This document shows, one piece after another, positions 23,484-37,272 of a DNA stretch of 64,000 nt. Source of the stretch: Heteronotia binoei. Taxonomy: Eukaryota. Each line of letters begins with the position of its first letter. The first letter of the stretch is position 1. The stretch is from positions 19,902,001 through 19,966,000 of the forward strand of contig NC_083237.1 of NCBI RefSeq assembly GCF_032191835.1, in the 5' to 3' direction. Under the pieces are notes generated by a model. The model made no database searches. It was given only the letters and a program-made list of their open reading frames with translations, and had not been told where the DNA came from. The translations under genes and the position numbers were made by a program.

Positions 23484-26083
23484 CGCTGAATTCAGAGGAA
23501 TCTGCAACAGTAGCAAGGAGTAAAAGGGTTAAAGCAGGCTGATACTGCTTCTCAGGGCTTTTTTTGTAGCAGGAACACCTGTGTATATAAGGCCACACAC
23601 CCCTGAGGCAGAGCCGGATTAACAATTAGGCCATATAGGCACTGGTCTAAGATCTCATGCCTTTAGGGGCCCCGGACCGGCTCCCCCCTAGTTTCCCCCC
23701 GTTTTGCAGCCCTCCCAGCCTGCATGTGCTGCTCTTTACCCAACTTGTCTGGGGCAGCTGCTGCTGGCATTGTTGTCAAGTTTGCCTCTCCCCCGCAGCT
23801 TAGTAAAAGGGACTTTCGAGAAGGTGCCTGCAGGCTGCAGCGGGGGTCATGGGTAATGGAGTGGGCACTCAGACTCTGAGATAATTTGCAAGGCCCCCCC
23901 GCAAGATTTTGACTACCTAGGGACCTCCACGGGGTTTGATCTGGCACTGTCCTGATGTAGCCAATCCTCCAAGAGCTTACAGGGCTCTTCTTACAGGGCC
24001 TACTGTAAGCTCCAGGAGGATTGGCTACATCAGGGGTGTGTGACTTAAGATGCAAAGGAGATCCTGCTACAAAAAAAGCCCTGATGCTTTTCCGCCCCCC
24101 CCCCGCCATCCCTGCAAGCTGAACACAGCCGTTCATCTCAAGTCCTCAGTTTTATTGATTCATTGATTATCTTCCTTTCTCACTGGGGCTGGGAAAGTGA
24201 AAAATGACATAGGATTGGGCCAGGGCTTTTTCCTGTGGAACTGTGCTGGGACAAAGTTCCATAGAGGGCTGACCCATGGGTTTGTGGCACCCTAGGAAGG
24301 CACCCCCCTGCTGCCTCCCCGCCAGTGCCGCCCAAAGGTGCCCCCCTGTGTTGCCTTGCACCCCTAATGTGGTGCTGCAACCCCCCTTCCGTGGCAAGGC
24401 AGTGGTGGCACCCCCTTCCCTTCCCATCCCTCCCCTCCGCCCGCGTTCACAGTCCAACGGGTGAAACTTATCTTTAGAACGACTGGGCTGAAATGAAGGC
24501 TTGGCTCCCCCCTCCTTTCTGGAACCGGAAGGGAGGGGGGAGCCAAGCCTTCATTTCAGCCAGGTCGTTCTAAAGATAAGTTTCACTGGCGTTGGGCTGT
24601 GAGTGCGGGGGCGGAGAGGGTTAGGGCTAGGAAAGGGAAAAGGGGAGGAACGGGAAGGGGTTGCCGCCGCTGCCTCGCCACCCGCTGTGATTGTGGCAGT
24701 GGGGCAGAGAAGGGAAGGGAAAGGGGGAGGGAAGGGGATGCCGCTGCTGCCTCGCTGCTCACTGTGATCGCGGTGGCGGATCAGGGAAGGGGATGCAGTC
24801 TCTGCCTCGCCGCCGGCTGTGATCGCAGCAGGAAAGAGAAGGGAAAGGAAGGGCGGCGGGGGGAGGTGAAGGGAAGGGGCAGGCGAGGCAGCAGCGGTGG
24901 CAGGCGGCGGTAGTGGGCGGCAGAGGCAGGCAAACTAGGTGCTTGCCTGGGGCACCGGGAGGGGGTGGGGAGCCCAATTTGGCACCCCCACCCTCCCAGA
25001 GCCCTAGGCAACCGCCTAGTTTGCTAGTGGGCAAGCCGGCCCTGGTTCCAAAACCTCTTTGTGGAAACAAAATTCTCAAAATATGTCTAAAGGTTCATAT
25101 GGGGCACTGGGGGAGCATGACACCACTTGTGATGTTACAAAAATATTAAAATAAAAATAATTTTTAAAAAAGATTTACATGAGGAGATGCTCAGTACCAG
25201 TTGTGGGCGAGGAGGGAAACAGCCAGACTGCGCAGGGGACTGAAGTTTAGAAGCCGCTTTAAAGCAGAGGCATGCCCATAGCTCATGAAAATAACATCGT
25301 TTCAAAGAATCCCATGTGTTTCTCCTTCATTTCCCTCTTGTGAGTTCCAGCACCTCTTTTTCCAGAAAAAAAGCCCTGGTTTTGAATTGCAGAACCAACC
25401 AGAAGTCTAGAAAACAGAAATGAAGCAAAGCCCCCCAGAGGGTGTGGCCTAATATGCAAATGAATTCCTGCTACAAAAATAAAAGCCCTGGTTACCTCAG
25501 CTGTTCCGGTATCACTGGGTTGTACCCTGCCACCTCAGTCAACTAAACACTGAGCCTTTTCTTCATTCCATGGAGCCATCTGTTAACCTGCTAAACCTGT
25601 TATTTCCAGGCGTTGGGCTGTGAGTGCGGGGGCGGAGAGGGTTAGGGTTAGGAAAGGAAAAAGGGGAGGAACGGGAAGGGGTCTTTTGAATCTTACTCTG
25701 GGAGTGATAGGCCATATTACAGACAGCTGTTACAGACAGCTGCCCATCTCAAGCTGCTTTCAGAAAAAGAAAGAACTTGGGGCACCATGTTCATAAATTT
25801 TGTGGGATTTATTAATCGATAACCTCTAATGAGGATTTTCTCTTTTAATCACATCCAGAATTTCCAGACCATACCCCAGCACAGAAAAATACATTGATAG
25901 CACGTAGCTTAGCCTTATCTAAAATATCTTTATATTGAAGCATTAATTTGGCTTAAAACAGCAGAAAGCATAAGCAGCGTGGAGTGTGAAAAGCAACATA
26001 AGAACACAGCAAGCGGGATATGAAAGGGTAGTGGAGCACATTCAAAGTTGGCCCAAAGGTGGCTTGCCAGGAAAAGGCCTTAC

Positions 26084-26194
26084 CTAAACCTCCACAAGGT
26101 TTTCCTTCAGATGAAGATCTGAAAGAAGGAAGGAGGGAGAACGGTTTTGGATCCTCTTGACCTGACTCCCATGAGATATTCCCCTATTTTTATA
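26084..26194 (-). promoter_or_regulatory. Predicted TATA box and non-coding exon 1 of RNase-b
   Basis: TATAAAAA at 26194-26187 (minus strand) and donor TAG|GTAAGG at 26083. Confidence 0.6.
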
Positions 26195-26939
26195 TATTCT
26201 ATTCAGGTTGTCTATCCACACTTCTAATCCAATCAGAGTCTTCCAACTACTCTTGGATTTCTACCAACGTGGTGACATCTCATTATTGGCAAAAAAAAAT
26301 AATTGTCATATGGTCATGGAAAACATGTGTCCTGTCTGGGTTTCCCCTTGCCAAGGACACCCCAACTCTATTGGGTCAAGTTGCCCTCTGCTGGAACCTG
26401 TGCTGGAACACTTCTGCCCTGTGCTAGAACACTTCTGCTTTGTCCCAGCATTGTAAACATGGCCTGTCTCCTGACATCATTTCATAGAAAAAGAGACACT
26501 GGAGCTCATCAGCACAACTCACTTGCATAGATCACACGCCTCTGACATCACTGGCGGGTGTACTAAATGATATCAGCTCAGCATCGACTTTAAAATGCTT
26601 CTTGAATTATAATTGTCATCATAAAACCTTACTCCCGTCATACTTTTTAAATTACTTTCTCTCCTATGTGGCCACAGTGGCAGGATGAGGATTTCCATCT
26701 GTCCGCTTTATACGGCTTCGTTATTTTCCCAGTTTTTGTGTGGGAATATATTAGAAAGTTTGTCACATCTTAAGAGTCCAGCGAAATTCTCACAAGGGGT
26801 TTGAGCGATGGAGCCGAGAAGCAAGTATTTGCACAATAAAATTTAGCGGTTCCAGAGCTCTGCTCCTGTGAGCTGCTGCCCAAAATGAGACTGGAGATGG
26901 CAAAGCCTGGGACATGAGAGACTTCAGCATAGTCTAGTG

Positions 26940-27632
26940 TAGGGTTGCCAAGTCCAGTTCAAGAAATATCTGGGGACTTTAAGGGTGGAGCCAGGAGACT
27001 TTGGGGGTGCAGCAAGGAGACATTGAGGGCGGAGCCAAGAGCAAGGGTGTGACAAGCATAATGGAACTCCAAGCGAGTTCTGGCCATCACATTTAAAAGG
27101 ACATCACACCTTTTTAAATGCCTTCATTCCATAGGAAATAATGAAGGATAGGGGCACCTTCTTTTGGGGCTCATAGAATTGGACTCCCCGGTCCAATTGT
27201 TATGAAACTTGGGGGGTATTTTGGGGAGAGGCTATAGATGCTATACTGAAAATTTGGTACCTCTACCTCAAAAAACAGCCCCCCCCCCGAGCCCCCGATA
27301 CCTCCAGATCAATTCTTTATACCCTATGAGAATCGATCTCCACATAGGGAATAATGAAGTGCCCAGTAGACATTTCCCTCCCCCATTTCTGGCGACTCTG
27401 ATGCGAGGGATTGCCGTCTCTACTCACAAGTTGCTGCCAACTTCTTCAAAGTAACACAGACACACCATCCTAAGAGGAAGCCTTTCAATCAGAGACTGAA
27501 GCCTCCGAAGATGGAAAGTCAGATGGTGGCTGTGGGTGTGGGGCTTCCCCCCACCGGCCAGCTGACTGGGGGCGGGAAGGAGCCTGGGAAAGCGGGAAAA
27601 TCCCCGCTGGGACCTGGGGATTGGCAAGCCTA
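26940..27632. mobile_element. hAT-type MITE, about 690-bp family with TAGGGTTGCCA termini (type copy)
   Basis: TIRs plus perfect 8-bp TSD GTCTAGTG. Further full or partial copies near 19420-19895, 21320-21780, 22127-22690, 33135-33793, 36630-37105, 47440-47830, 51827-52360, 52770-53010, 53210-54032, 56608-57110 and 62895-63660. Confidence 0.88.
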
Positions 27633-28589
27633 GTCTAGTGCCATGTTAGGGTTGCCAGCTCTGGGTTGAAAAATACCTGGAGATTTTGTGGGTGGAATCT
27701 GAGGAGGGTGAGGTTTGGGGAAGGGAGGGACTTCAGTGGTGTATAACAACATAGACCCCGCCTTCCAAAGCAGCCATTTTCTCCAGGTGAACTGTTCTCT
27801 GTTTTCTGGAGATCAGTTGTAATCCCAGGAGATCTCCAGCTACCACCTGGAGGATGGCAAACCTTTGCCATTGCATCCACTCTTCAAAGCAGCCATTTTC
27901 TCCAAGGGGACTGAGTTCTGTAGTCTGGAGATCAGTTGTAATGCTGGGAGATCTCCAGGCCCCACCTGGATTTTGGCAGCTAGAATGGCCCCTCACACTT
28001 TCCTCCCTCAGATAGATTTTCCCCTCTGAAATTTTGTTTCCTTCTGTGACTAAGTTGCCCCAAATAATGTGGTTTTCTTCTTTATCTTTAAAAGGCCTTC
28101 TGTCCCACCGTGACATAGAGATATAATTTGGCTTTTAGCCCAGCCCCGGAATCTGAGGGAAGAATAAGGAGCCCTCTTGGGTTAAACCTCTTCAAATGGC
28201 ACTTGAGATGATGTAAAAGTCAAACAGGGAAAACAAATATTTAAAAGACAGGGGAAGGTCATGTGTAATCAGGAGTTGTTAACTTTGAGACAAAAATCAG
28301 TGGCTGTACAGACTGTAATTCTTTATATAGGCAAATGAGAGTTATTGAAGATTATCGTCCTGGTTACTGAGATCTAGATACTGAGAGGCTCCCCCCCTCC
28401 CCAGTTTTTCCAAACACTACAATGTGTCAGGGCTGGCCTGGAGCAGGTGGGATGGATGGGGAGGGGACGGGGCGGGGCGGTAGGATGAAGAGGAGAAGCA
28501 ACAGGGAGGGGGTGGGATGGGTGAGCAGAGGAAGTGAAGTGATGAGGAGGGGGCGAAATGATGAAGAGAATCAATGGGGAAGAGGCGGG

Positions 28590-28735
28590 ATGTGCGAGCG
28601 GGGGAAGAGAAGCCATGGGGAGTTGGTGGGGCAGGTGGGAGGCGAGCGGGGGAAGAGAAGCCATGGGGAGTTGGCGGGGCGGGTGGGAGGCGAGCGGGGG
28701 AAGAGAAGCAATGGGGAGTCGGTGGGGTGGGCAAG
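28590..28735. repeat. Purine-rich minisatellite, about 45-bp unit x3
   Basis: GCGAGCGGGGGAAGAGAAGCCATGGGGAGTTGG.GGGGC.GGTGGGAG repeated. Confidence 0.85.
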
Positions 28736-30373
28736 CTACAGAGGAGGGGAAGGGACGTGTGGGCGGAGGAAGAGGCAAACTAGCCATTTGTCTAGGGCAT
28801 GGGGAGGGCCAAATTTGAGGCCCCCACCCTGCCGGCACCCTAGGCAAATGCCTTATTTGCCTAGTGGGTGGGAAAGCCCTGTAATGTCTCTTAAAAGAGT
28901 TAGCTATTTCTCCTCTTATTTCTTTGAGTCTGGTACCTTCTTTCAGTACCTAATTCCCTCTCTTCCTTCTAATCCTTAGTTTCTATCTAGCTCTTGAGGT
29001 GTCTCAAGCAGTTTCCTTTCACAACAGACCAGGGATCTCCTCCTCCCAAAGATGACTCTCCCTGTTTAACTGGGCCTGGTTGCTTCTTGTTTTCCTAGAA
29101 GATAAATCCTCTTTCCTTTGGCCAATCCTCTCAGTACCCAACAACCTTGCCAAAATCTCATTCCCAGCTCTCGTGTCTGTGTAAACTGCTTTCAGCACAG
29201 GCTGAGACTCACACTCTTTCAGTTCTTCTACTGAGTTCTTTCTCAGAGCAGATTTTTAAAAGTTAAGGTATAGAATTGTCTTTTTTCCTCTCAAATCAGG
29301 AATCTGTCAGAATGCCCATTCTCCCTCAGCAGGGCCAGATCTAGGGGGGGGGGGGGGGGCAGAGGGGGGTGCTTGCCCTGGGCGCCACCAGAGGGGGGGC
29401 ACCAAATTGGGTATGGAGTCCATTCTATTCTATGGGCTCATAAGGTAGAATGGGCCCATAAAGGGGCACCATTTTTTAATTTTGCCCCCCCCTCAAAAAA
29501 ACATGTAGATGCAGTCCTGTCCCTCAGCACCCAGTTTATAAAATTTCTGTGGATCAGAATGGTTGGAGTAGCTCTCCCTTCTTGTGGAGATTTAACTCCT
29601 CACCTCCCAGTCTTCTGACAGTGCAGCATTTTGAAGCCTGTTTTAAGGGCTGTCCATCACAGCAGCCTTAGATTTGGAGCACAAAGTCAAGCTCTTAATC
29701 CCACATTCAGATCTTGCACACATGCCTTCTGGGGGCAGGGCCAGAGAGTACAATCCCTCCACTCCCTCTATGCACACAGAAGGTGGGTGTTTTGTAAAAA
29801 AACCGAACAGGGCATGATGTAAGGACATGTTGAGTAAGCAAAGGGAATCTCTTGAGCAATGAAGACTCCAGAGCCTGGGGCTTACAGAAGGATTTGTGTC
29901 CATCTGTCGAAGAGAGAACAATTGTGACTTCACACGGTCAAGGACAAAGAGGGCAGCCAGCTGTTTTGGCAGGTCCTCTGGCTGTCCCTTTTTAATATCA
30001 GCTTGATCAGCAAGCAAACAACAGGTGACTTGCATGTCATGGAAAGCTTGACCTGCCCCTCACAGCATGTTCAATTTGTATTAAGAGAACAGAACATTCC
30101 CCCCATCCACCTACCCAACTGACCACATGAGGGGTTGATACAAGGGTATACATGGTTCTAGGAGGATACAAGGGTATACACGGGTTTAGGAAGAGATCCA
30201 TGTACACACCATTATACATCAGTGTGTGATGATACCTGACTTCTCTGTTGTATTACTTTCACTAACACTTTCCCAGTAAGTGTATGCTTGGCAAAATAAG
30301 CACTTGTATGATATATGTAAGTAATTTAGTTGTCGTGAGTTGCCCTGAACCCTATGTGCATGGAAATGTGGGA

Positions 30374-30648
30374 NNNNNNNNNNNNNNNNNNNNNNNNNNN
30401 NNNNNNNNNNNNNNNNNNNNNNNNNNNNNNNNNNNNNNNNNNNNNNNNNNNNNNNNNNNNNNNNNNNNNNNNNNNNNNNNNNNNNNNNNNNNNNNNNNNN
30501 NNNNNNNNNNNNNNNNNNNNNNNNNNNNNNNNNNNNNNNNNNNNNNNNNNNNNNNNNNNNNNNNNNNNNNNNNNNNNNNNNNNNNNNNNNNNNNNNNNNN
30601 NNNNNNNNNNNNNNNNNNNNNNNNNNNNNNNNNNNNNNNNNNNNNNNN
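30374..30648. other. Assembly gap
   Basis: 275 N. Confidence 1.
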
Positions 30649-33600
30649 TCTTCCTTACCTCTATATAGCCAAAATGTCATGTCTGAAACAGCCCTTTAAG
30701 AGTTGGAAAAGTGAGGGGCTAAGAAAGGTATCTTGATCTAGAGGTGGGACCTGGGTATCCCCCAAAATTCCAGCTCATCTCCAGGCTACAGAGATCCATT
30801 TCCCTGAAGAAAATGGATGCTTAGGAAGGTGGACTCTGTAGCATTGTGCCCCACCAAGATCCCTGTTTTCCCCAGCTCCAGGAGAGAAAAGGAGCACCGC
30901 TGTTGCTTGTGCACATCTGAACAGCCATAGAGCTGAGAGGCAGAGTGAGGTTCTGAGTGGGTGAGTGATAGCGACTTCTCCTAACCTATTCTCAACCCAT
31001 GAGGGAAAGGGGACCATGAACAAAAAACCCTTTGGAAGTTTCAGAAACAGCCCATCCATCATGCCTTCCCCTCTGCTTTGCTGCTCCTGTGGAAAATGCA
31101 GGAGGGTTGAGAACAGGGGGTGGGGTGGGGATCTGGGAGAGCAAGTTTCAGGCCCCCTCACTTCTGGAGCCAGGAACCTGGCATTACAGGTATCTGTAAA
31201 GTGACATTTATGTCAAATCTGGCCCTTTAACAAATGAGCTCGACACCTCTGCTTCAAACTTTTCCTTTAAGCTGTCCATAAAGCAGAAATTTTCAGGGAC
31301 TACTGGGCAGATGTGCTGTGAACAGGCTTCCTAGAATGGCTGGTGTCTTGGACCTCATGTGGAAGAGGTCACAAACAGGGCTGCCAACTCCACACTGCGC
31401 AATTCTGAGAGATTTGGGAGTACAGTGAGGGTAGGGTGGGATTTGGGGAGGAGTGGGACCTTGATAGGGTACAGTGCCATGCATTCCACACACACCCTCC
31501 CTCTAGGGGATCTGATCTCAGTTGTCTGGGACTCAATTGTAATTCCACAAAATCTGCAGGCTCCAGGTGGAAGTCGACAAGCCTATGCCCACATAAGGTA
31601 ATGGCAGGGTTTTTTTTGTAGAAAAAGCCCAGGAGGAACTCATTTGCACATTAGGCCACACCCTCTGACATCACCATGGTTTCACGCAGGGCTTTTTTGT
31701 AGAAAAGACCCAACAGGGGCTCATCTGCATATTAGGCCACACCCCCTGACACCAAACCAGATGGAACTGTGTTCCTGTGTGTTCCTGCTCAAAAAAAGCC
31801 CTGGGTAATGGTATAAAAGGAGCTGGTGGCACTGCCCGCTTTTTCACCTCAGGTAGCAAAACATTCTGAAGCCAGCCTAGCTAACTGATAGCTATGAGAA
31901 GAGTAGTCCAAGTCGTGGCAAAAGTAGGTTCTTCTAGGGAGTCCATCGCTCCAGGACGTCTTCACGAATTTTAAAGATGAAATAATCCAGTGCAGCAGGG
32001 CACAAGAAACGCAACAGGGCCGTACTTGATCCCGTTTCACTAACAAGCTTTGGAAAACCATCGTACATTTTACAATAGAGCAGAGCTTCAAAGATCTTAA
32101 CAACAACAACAAGCTCCCTAGAAGAACCTACCTTTGCCACGATTTGGACTACTCTTCTCATCTTGGCGTTAATTCGCCTATAAAGGGACTTGAGTGTGAA
32201 CGTGTTCTTTGTCTATTTCATGATTAATTTCACTTTATATGTTTGGTTGTTATATTTATAAACATTTGTATTAGAGGCTTGTTTTTCGCGGAGGTGTGTA
32301 CCTTGTTCCCTGCTCCACCTGGAGGCTGGAAACCATAAAAGACCTGGCATAGCTAGGCTAAAGAAGGCCTCTGGCTGCCATCTTGGCGCATGGCAACCCA
32401 TCCAATGATACTAGATGCCAGACCAAATGGACCAGTCATCTTACATAGATAAAAGGTGGCTTCATATTGCTAAAGTTATTCAAGACCTTCTCTGAGAAGC
32501 GTTGGGGTTGTGCTTACTGGGTCCATTCCCTTTGGAGGAGAAAGGGGGACCTTGGCCTAAGTGGTGTTGAGGAGGGGGACTGAATGTTCTGCTGATTTAA
32601 CAATTTTAATAACAAATCTTAGCCACAAAATAACACGGAATAATACCAACTATCAGTTCTGATGTGTATATATAAGAAGACTTTATTATATAACGCTGCA
32701 AAGGAAGACTGTTCAGTTCTCAGAATGACAGACACACGTTATTCCCACAGATGTTGATCAGTTAATTATAAATGACTTATAAAACACTTCAGGTGAAATG
32801 CATTATCTTAGAAGAGGCATTCCGCTTTTGTACACCACACAAACATAGGGCTGCCATTTGCCAACCTCTAGGTGGGAGCTGCTGGAGTTATCCTGGAATT
32901 ACAGCTGGTCTTCAGATTACAGAAGTCAGTTGCCCTGGAGGAAAAGGTGGATCTGGAAGGTGAGTTCTACAGCAACATATTCCCACTGAACTTCATCCTG
33001 TATCCAAACCCCAGCTATGCCAGGCTCCGCCCCCAAATTTGTAGGAATTTTCCAACCTGGAGCTGGGAACCAGGCCGGATCTAGGGGGGGCAGAGGGGGG
33101 TGCTTGCCCCAAGCACTGACGGGGGGGGAGGGTGCAAAATTTGGTGTGGACTTAGGCTTGCCAATCCCCAGGTCCCAGCGAGGATTCTTCCGCTTTCCCA
33201 GGCTCCTTCCTGCCCCCAGTCAGCTGGCCGGCGGGGGAAGCCCCATCCCCACAGCCACCGTGTGACTTTCCACCTTCGGAGGCTTCCGTCTCCGATTGAA
33301 AGGCTTCCTCTTGTGTTACTTTGAAGAAGCTGACAGCAACACATGAGTAGAGAGGCCAATCCCTCGCTTCAGAGTCGCCAGAAACGGGGTGGGGGGGGAG
33401 GGAAATGTCTGCTGGGCACTTCATTATTCCCTAGGTGGAAATAGATTCTCATAGGGTATAATGGGGAATTGATTTGGAGGTATCGGGGGCTCTTGGGGGG
33501 CTGTTTTTGAGATAGAGGCACCAAATTTTCAGTATAGCATCCAGTACCTTTTCCTAAAATACCCTCCAGGTCTCAAAACGATTGGGCCAGGGGATCCAAT

Positions 33601-34854
33601 TCTATGAGCCCCAAAAGAAGGTGCCCCTATCCTTCATTATTTCCTATGGAAGGAAGGCATTTAAAAAAGTGTGCTGTTCCTTTAAATGTGAGGGCCAGAA
33701 CTCCCTTGGAGTTCAATTATGCTTGCCACACCCTTGCTCCTGGCTCCATCTCCAAAGTCCCCAGATATTTCTTGAATTGAACTTGGCAACCCTATATGGA
33801 GTCCATTGTATTCTATGGGAGCATAAGATAGAATGGCCCATAAGGGGGTGTCATTTTTTAATTTAGCCCCACCTCAAAAAACATGTAGATCTGGTCCTGC
33901 TGGGAGGGAACTCAACCAAACACAAGAAGGAATGCCTCTTTTAAAACTCATGGCATGCAGCTCACATGTGGATCATTGTGAAACTAATCACAGATGCACC
34001 CAATGAGATGGGGTATTAGTAGCACTGGATTGTAGCTCCATTGCCTCAAAACGTAGTAGTAAAAATATAATAACCTGGGATTTAGTTTTATCTAGAGCTC
34101 TCCACTTTATCAAAGCTTAACAGAATGAGAAGAGAGCTCAAACTGCGCCCTCCGTTCCCCTCTTCTCCAGTTTCCTTAGGCGTAAAAATGGCATGCTAGC
34201 TGGAAGTTGGCTGCACCTGGGGCAGTGCTTTAAAGCAGAAAGCATTGGCCACTTATAAGAGGTTTCAACAGATAATAACACTACAAATTATATTGGCTTT
34301 ATATTGCTTTAAATGTCATGCTTTCATCTGAAAAATCATGGGAACTGTAGTTTGGAGGAAATGCCAAAAGATGAAGGACCCTTCATCTTTTCCTTCACAG
34401 AGTTCAGTTCTCAGGGAACAGAGAACGGCTGTTATACTCCTTGACAGTCTGCCTTGTGGGCAGAATTTTAGGGTGCATCTCCTGGGCATGGAGCAGGTGT
34501 CCCTGTGGGGAGGTATTTATGAATGGCCTGCAGGGGGTTGGGCTAGATGACCCTGGAGGTTCCTTCCGACTCTATGATTCTTTGAAGAATAAACGGAAGT
34601 AGGACAGGGCTGTTATCGTGCTTGATGCAAATAATCAGTGCAAATCATCAAAATATCAGTTTGATGAGGAAAAGGGGGAGGGGCAGCAGCAGAAGAGAGG
34701 ATATTAGATCTACAGCAACAGCAAAATCTAAATGAGATATAAAAATGTACTAACGAGCAATGGAATCTTTCATCTTTCCAGGGTCTAAAATGGCTGCATG
34801 TCACCTACAATGCACAGGTCAACACCATAGACCCCATCTCCGTTGCTCAGCAAC

Positions 34855-35295
34855 CTAAAGGGCAGCTTTGAAGTGAACAGGCACACCGTTGAGACAGGCC
34901 ACTCGGATGCGCTGGGAGCTGAGTCTGGCTCTGTAGCTGCAGGGAGGCCTCTGGGAACCCCCAGAGATCCGGCAGGAGGTGATGTCAAAGCTGACATTGC
35001 TGTCGTAATAATTCTCACTGGAGTGGGTGCCTCCGTGGGTGCAGATGGCGTCCACATCCTCGGGGGGCCCGTGGACAAAGGTATTGGAGGGCTTGCAGGC
35101 GTCTTTGGTCATCTTTCTGCTCTGCATTATGTGGTTGCAATAGCGCCGGCCGTCCAACTCAGGGCTGGTCTTTGGGAAGTCGACATGCTGCCGTTGGAAC
35201 TTCTCGTAACGGGTTTCCCTCTGGGTGGAGGCTGGCAAGGGTCCCAGCAAGACCAACAGGAGAAGCAGCACTGGCCAGACTGACATTGGAGCCAT
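34855..35295 (-). CDS. RNase A superfamily protein 'RNase-c' (146 aa), angiogenin/RNase4-like, triad intact
   Basis: Signal peptide; RYEKFQRQHVD, CKPSNTF, RPPCSYRA, PVHF; 6 Cys; acceptor ttcccctag| at 35305; accATGG. Confidence 0.96.
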   Translation of the reverse strand: MAPMSVWPVLLLLLVLLGPLPASTQRETRYEKFQRQHVDFPKTSPELDGRRYCNHIMQSRKMTKDACKPSNTFVHGPPEDVDAICTHGGTHSSENYYDSNVSFDITSCRISGGSQRPPCSYRARLSSQRIRVACLNGVPVHFKAAL

Positions 35296-37272
35296 GGTGT
35301 CCCCCTAGGGGAAGGAAGAGTTAAAAACTGTTTATAAAGTAGCTAGCCCACCCAAAAACATGTGAACACCTAGGTGTATAAGAGGCTAGAAGTTGACATT
35401 CTTGAGTATGAGCCACAGGCAGGGCAGGCCCTAGACTGTCTGACACCCTAGGCAACTTCTGGCGCCCCCCCCGGCACGGATTACATCACCAAGTCACATG
35501 GGGTGCCTGATCTGGCACCCCAAGAAGGCTGGCACTCTAGGCAATAACCTAGTTTGCCTAGCGGCAGGGCCAGCCCTGGCCACGCAAAGCCTTCCCCTGT
35601 CAATTGGCTGTGCGGGTGATATTCACGAACATTTGTTTACTGTTCATGAAGAAGGAAACGGTGATCACGGAATGCTAACTAATAGTACAACTCCTGTGAG
35701 GGAAGCAGATGGCCCCTTTAGCAGAGTAGACGTGCAGGACTGTGAGCCGTTTTTGAAAAGGAATGGAGGAAAATGTTTTGCTGAGTGACTCAGAGCTTGA
35801 AAGTGACCGCCAAGAGGATGAAGAAGGAAGGGGAACAATGAAAGAAAGTAAGAACAAAAGGGACGCCATTGGATCAGACCAATGTCCCATCCAGTCCAAC
35901 ACTGTCACACAGTGGCCAAAAAACCCCAGGTGCCATCAGGGGGTCCATCAGTGGGGCCAGGACACTAGAAGCCCTCCCTCTGTTGCCCCCACCCAAACGC
36001 CAAGAATACAGAGCATCACTTTCCCCAGACAGAGAGTTCCATCAATACCCTGTGGCTAATAGCCTTTGATGGACTCTGCTCCATATGTTTATCCAAAATG
36101 GTTTATAATCATTGGTGTTTCCTTCTTAGCCCTGGTTTACAGAAGGTGCTTGTTCTAGATCTGTGACTCGTAACTCTGAGATCAGGTAATGGTATTCCAT
36201 TAACTTGACTTTAGGTATATATGGACTGTTTTCTCATCTGCTGTCATAGCTGACAGAGTGCAGGAGAACACCAGAGTTTGGTGCTCAAACAGAAGCAGGG
36301 TGGCCTGGCTAGGGAGAGGGGCATAGGGAGAAAAGGCTGCAGACTGAGATCCAGGAGGGACCAGCATGAAAGGAGAGGGGGGGGGGAAGCAAGAGGAAGA
36401 CCCCAGGGGCTGAGAGCATCCGTGCTCTTGGCTCCAGCCAGACTGCTTCTCCACCCATTCCCTGTTGACAGCCTGGAATCAATGTACTTATTCACAACGT
36501 TTTAAACCTACCCTTGCAAGGAGTTCTGGACAGCGAATGTGGCTTTCTCCTCCTCTATTTTAACCTCACAACAGCCTTGCAAGGTTGATCAGACTGAAGG
36601 AATGTGACTGGCCCAAGGTCACCCAGCAATAGGGTTGCCAATCCCCAGGTGGGGGCAGGAGATTAGGGTTATCAGAAAGCGGGCGGTGGGGGGAGGGAAA
36701 TGTCTGGTGAGCACTCCATTATTCCCTATGGAGACTGATTCTCATAGGGTATAATGGAGAATTGATCCACGGGTATCTGGAGCTCTAGAGGGACTGTTTT
36801 TGGAGGAAGAGGCACCAAATTTTCAGCATAGCATCTGATACCTCTCCCCAAAACACCCTCCAAGTTTCAAAAAGAGTGGACCAGGGGGCCCAGTTCTATG
36901 AGCCCCAAAAGAAGGTGCCCCTATTCATTATTTCCAAAGGAGGGAAGGCATTTAAAGGTGTGCGGTCTCTTTAAATGTGATGGCCAGAACTCCCTTTGGA
37001 GTTCAATCATTCTTATCACAACCTTGCTCCTGGCCCCACCCCCAATGTCTCCTGGCTCCACCCCCAAAGTCCCCAGCTATATCTTGAATTGGATTTGGCA
37101 ATCCTATGCTGCAAGTTAGGGTGGGGATTTGATGCTCAGCCTGCTGGATTCCAGTCTCACGCTCTAAGCAGGACATCACTCTTGTGACTCTGATGACATC
37201 AGCCTGCCTCGTATTCCGTTTCCCCTTTGCTGAGTTTTCCCTGGTAGTTAATCCTACCCCCTAGCAGCTCAC

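Noticed and set aside
25630-25650. Interstitial telomeric repeat
   Set aside because: Only about two TTAGGG units within a duplicated MITE arm.
28374-28979. 157-185-aa ORFs
   Set aside because: Products of a purine-rich minisatellite.
30219-30736. ORFs spanning the gap
   Set aside because: Open only because of N bases.
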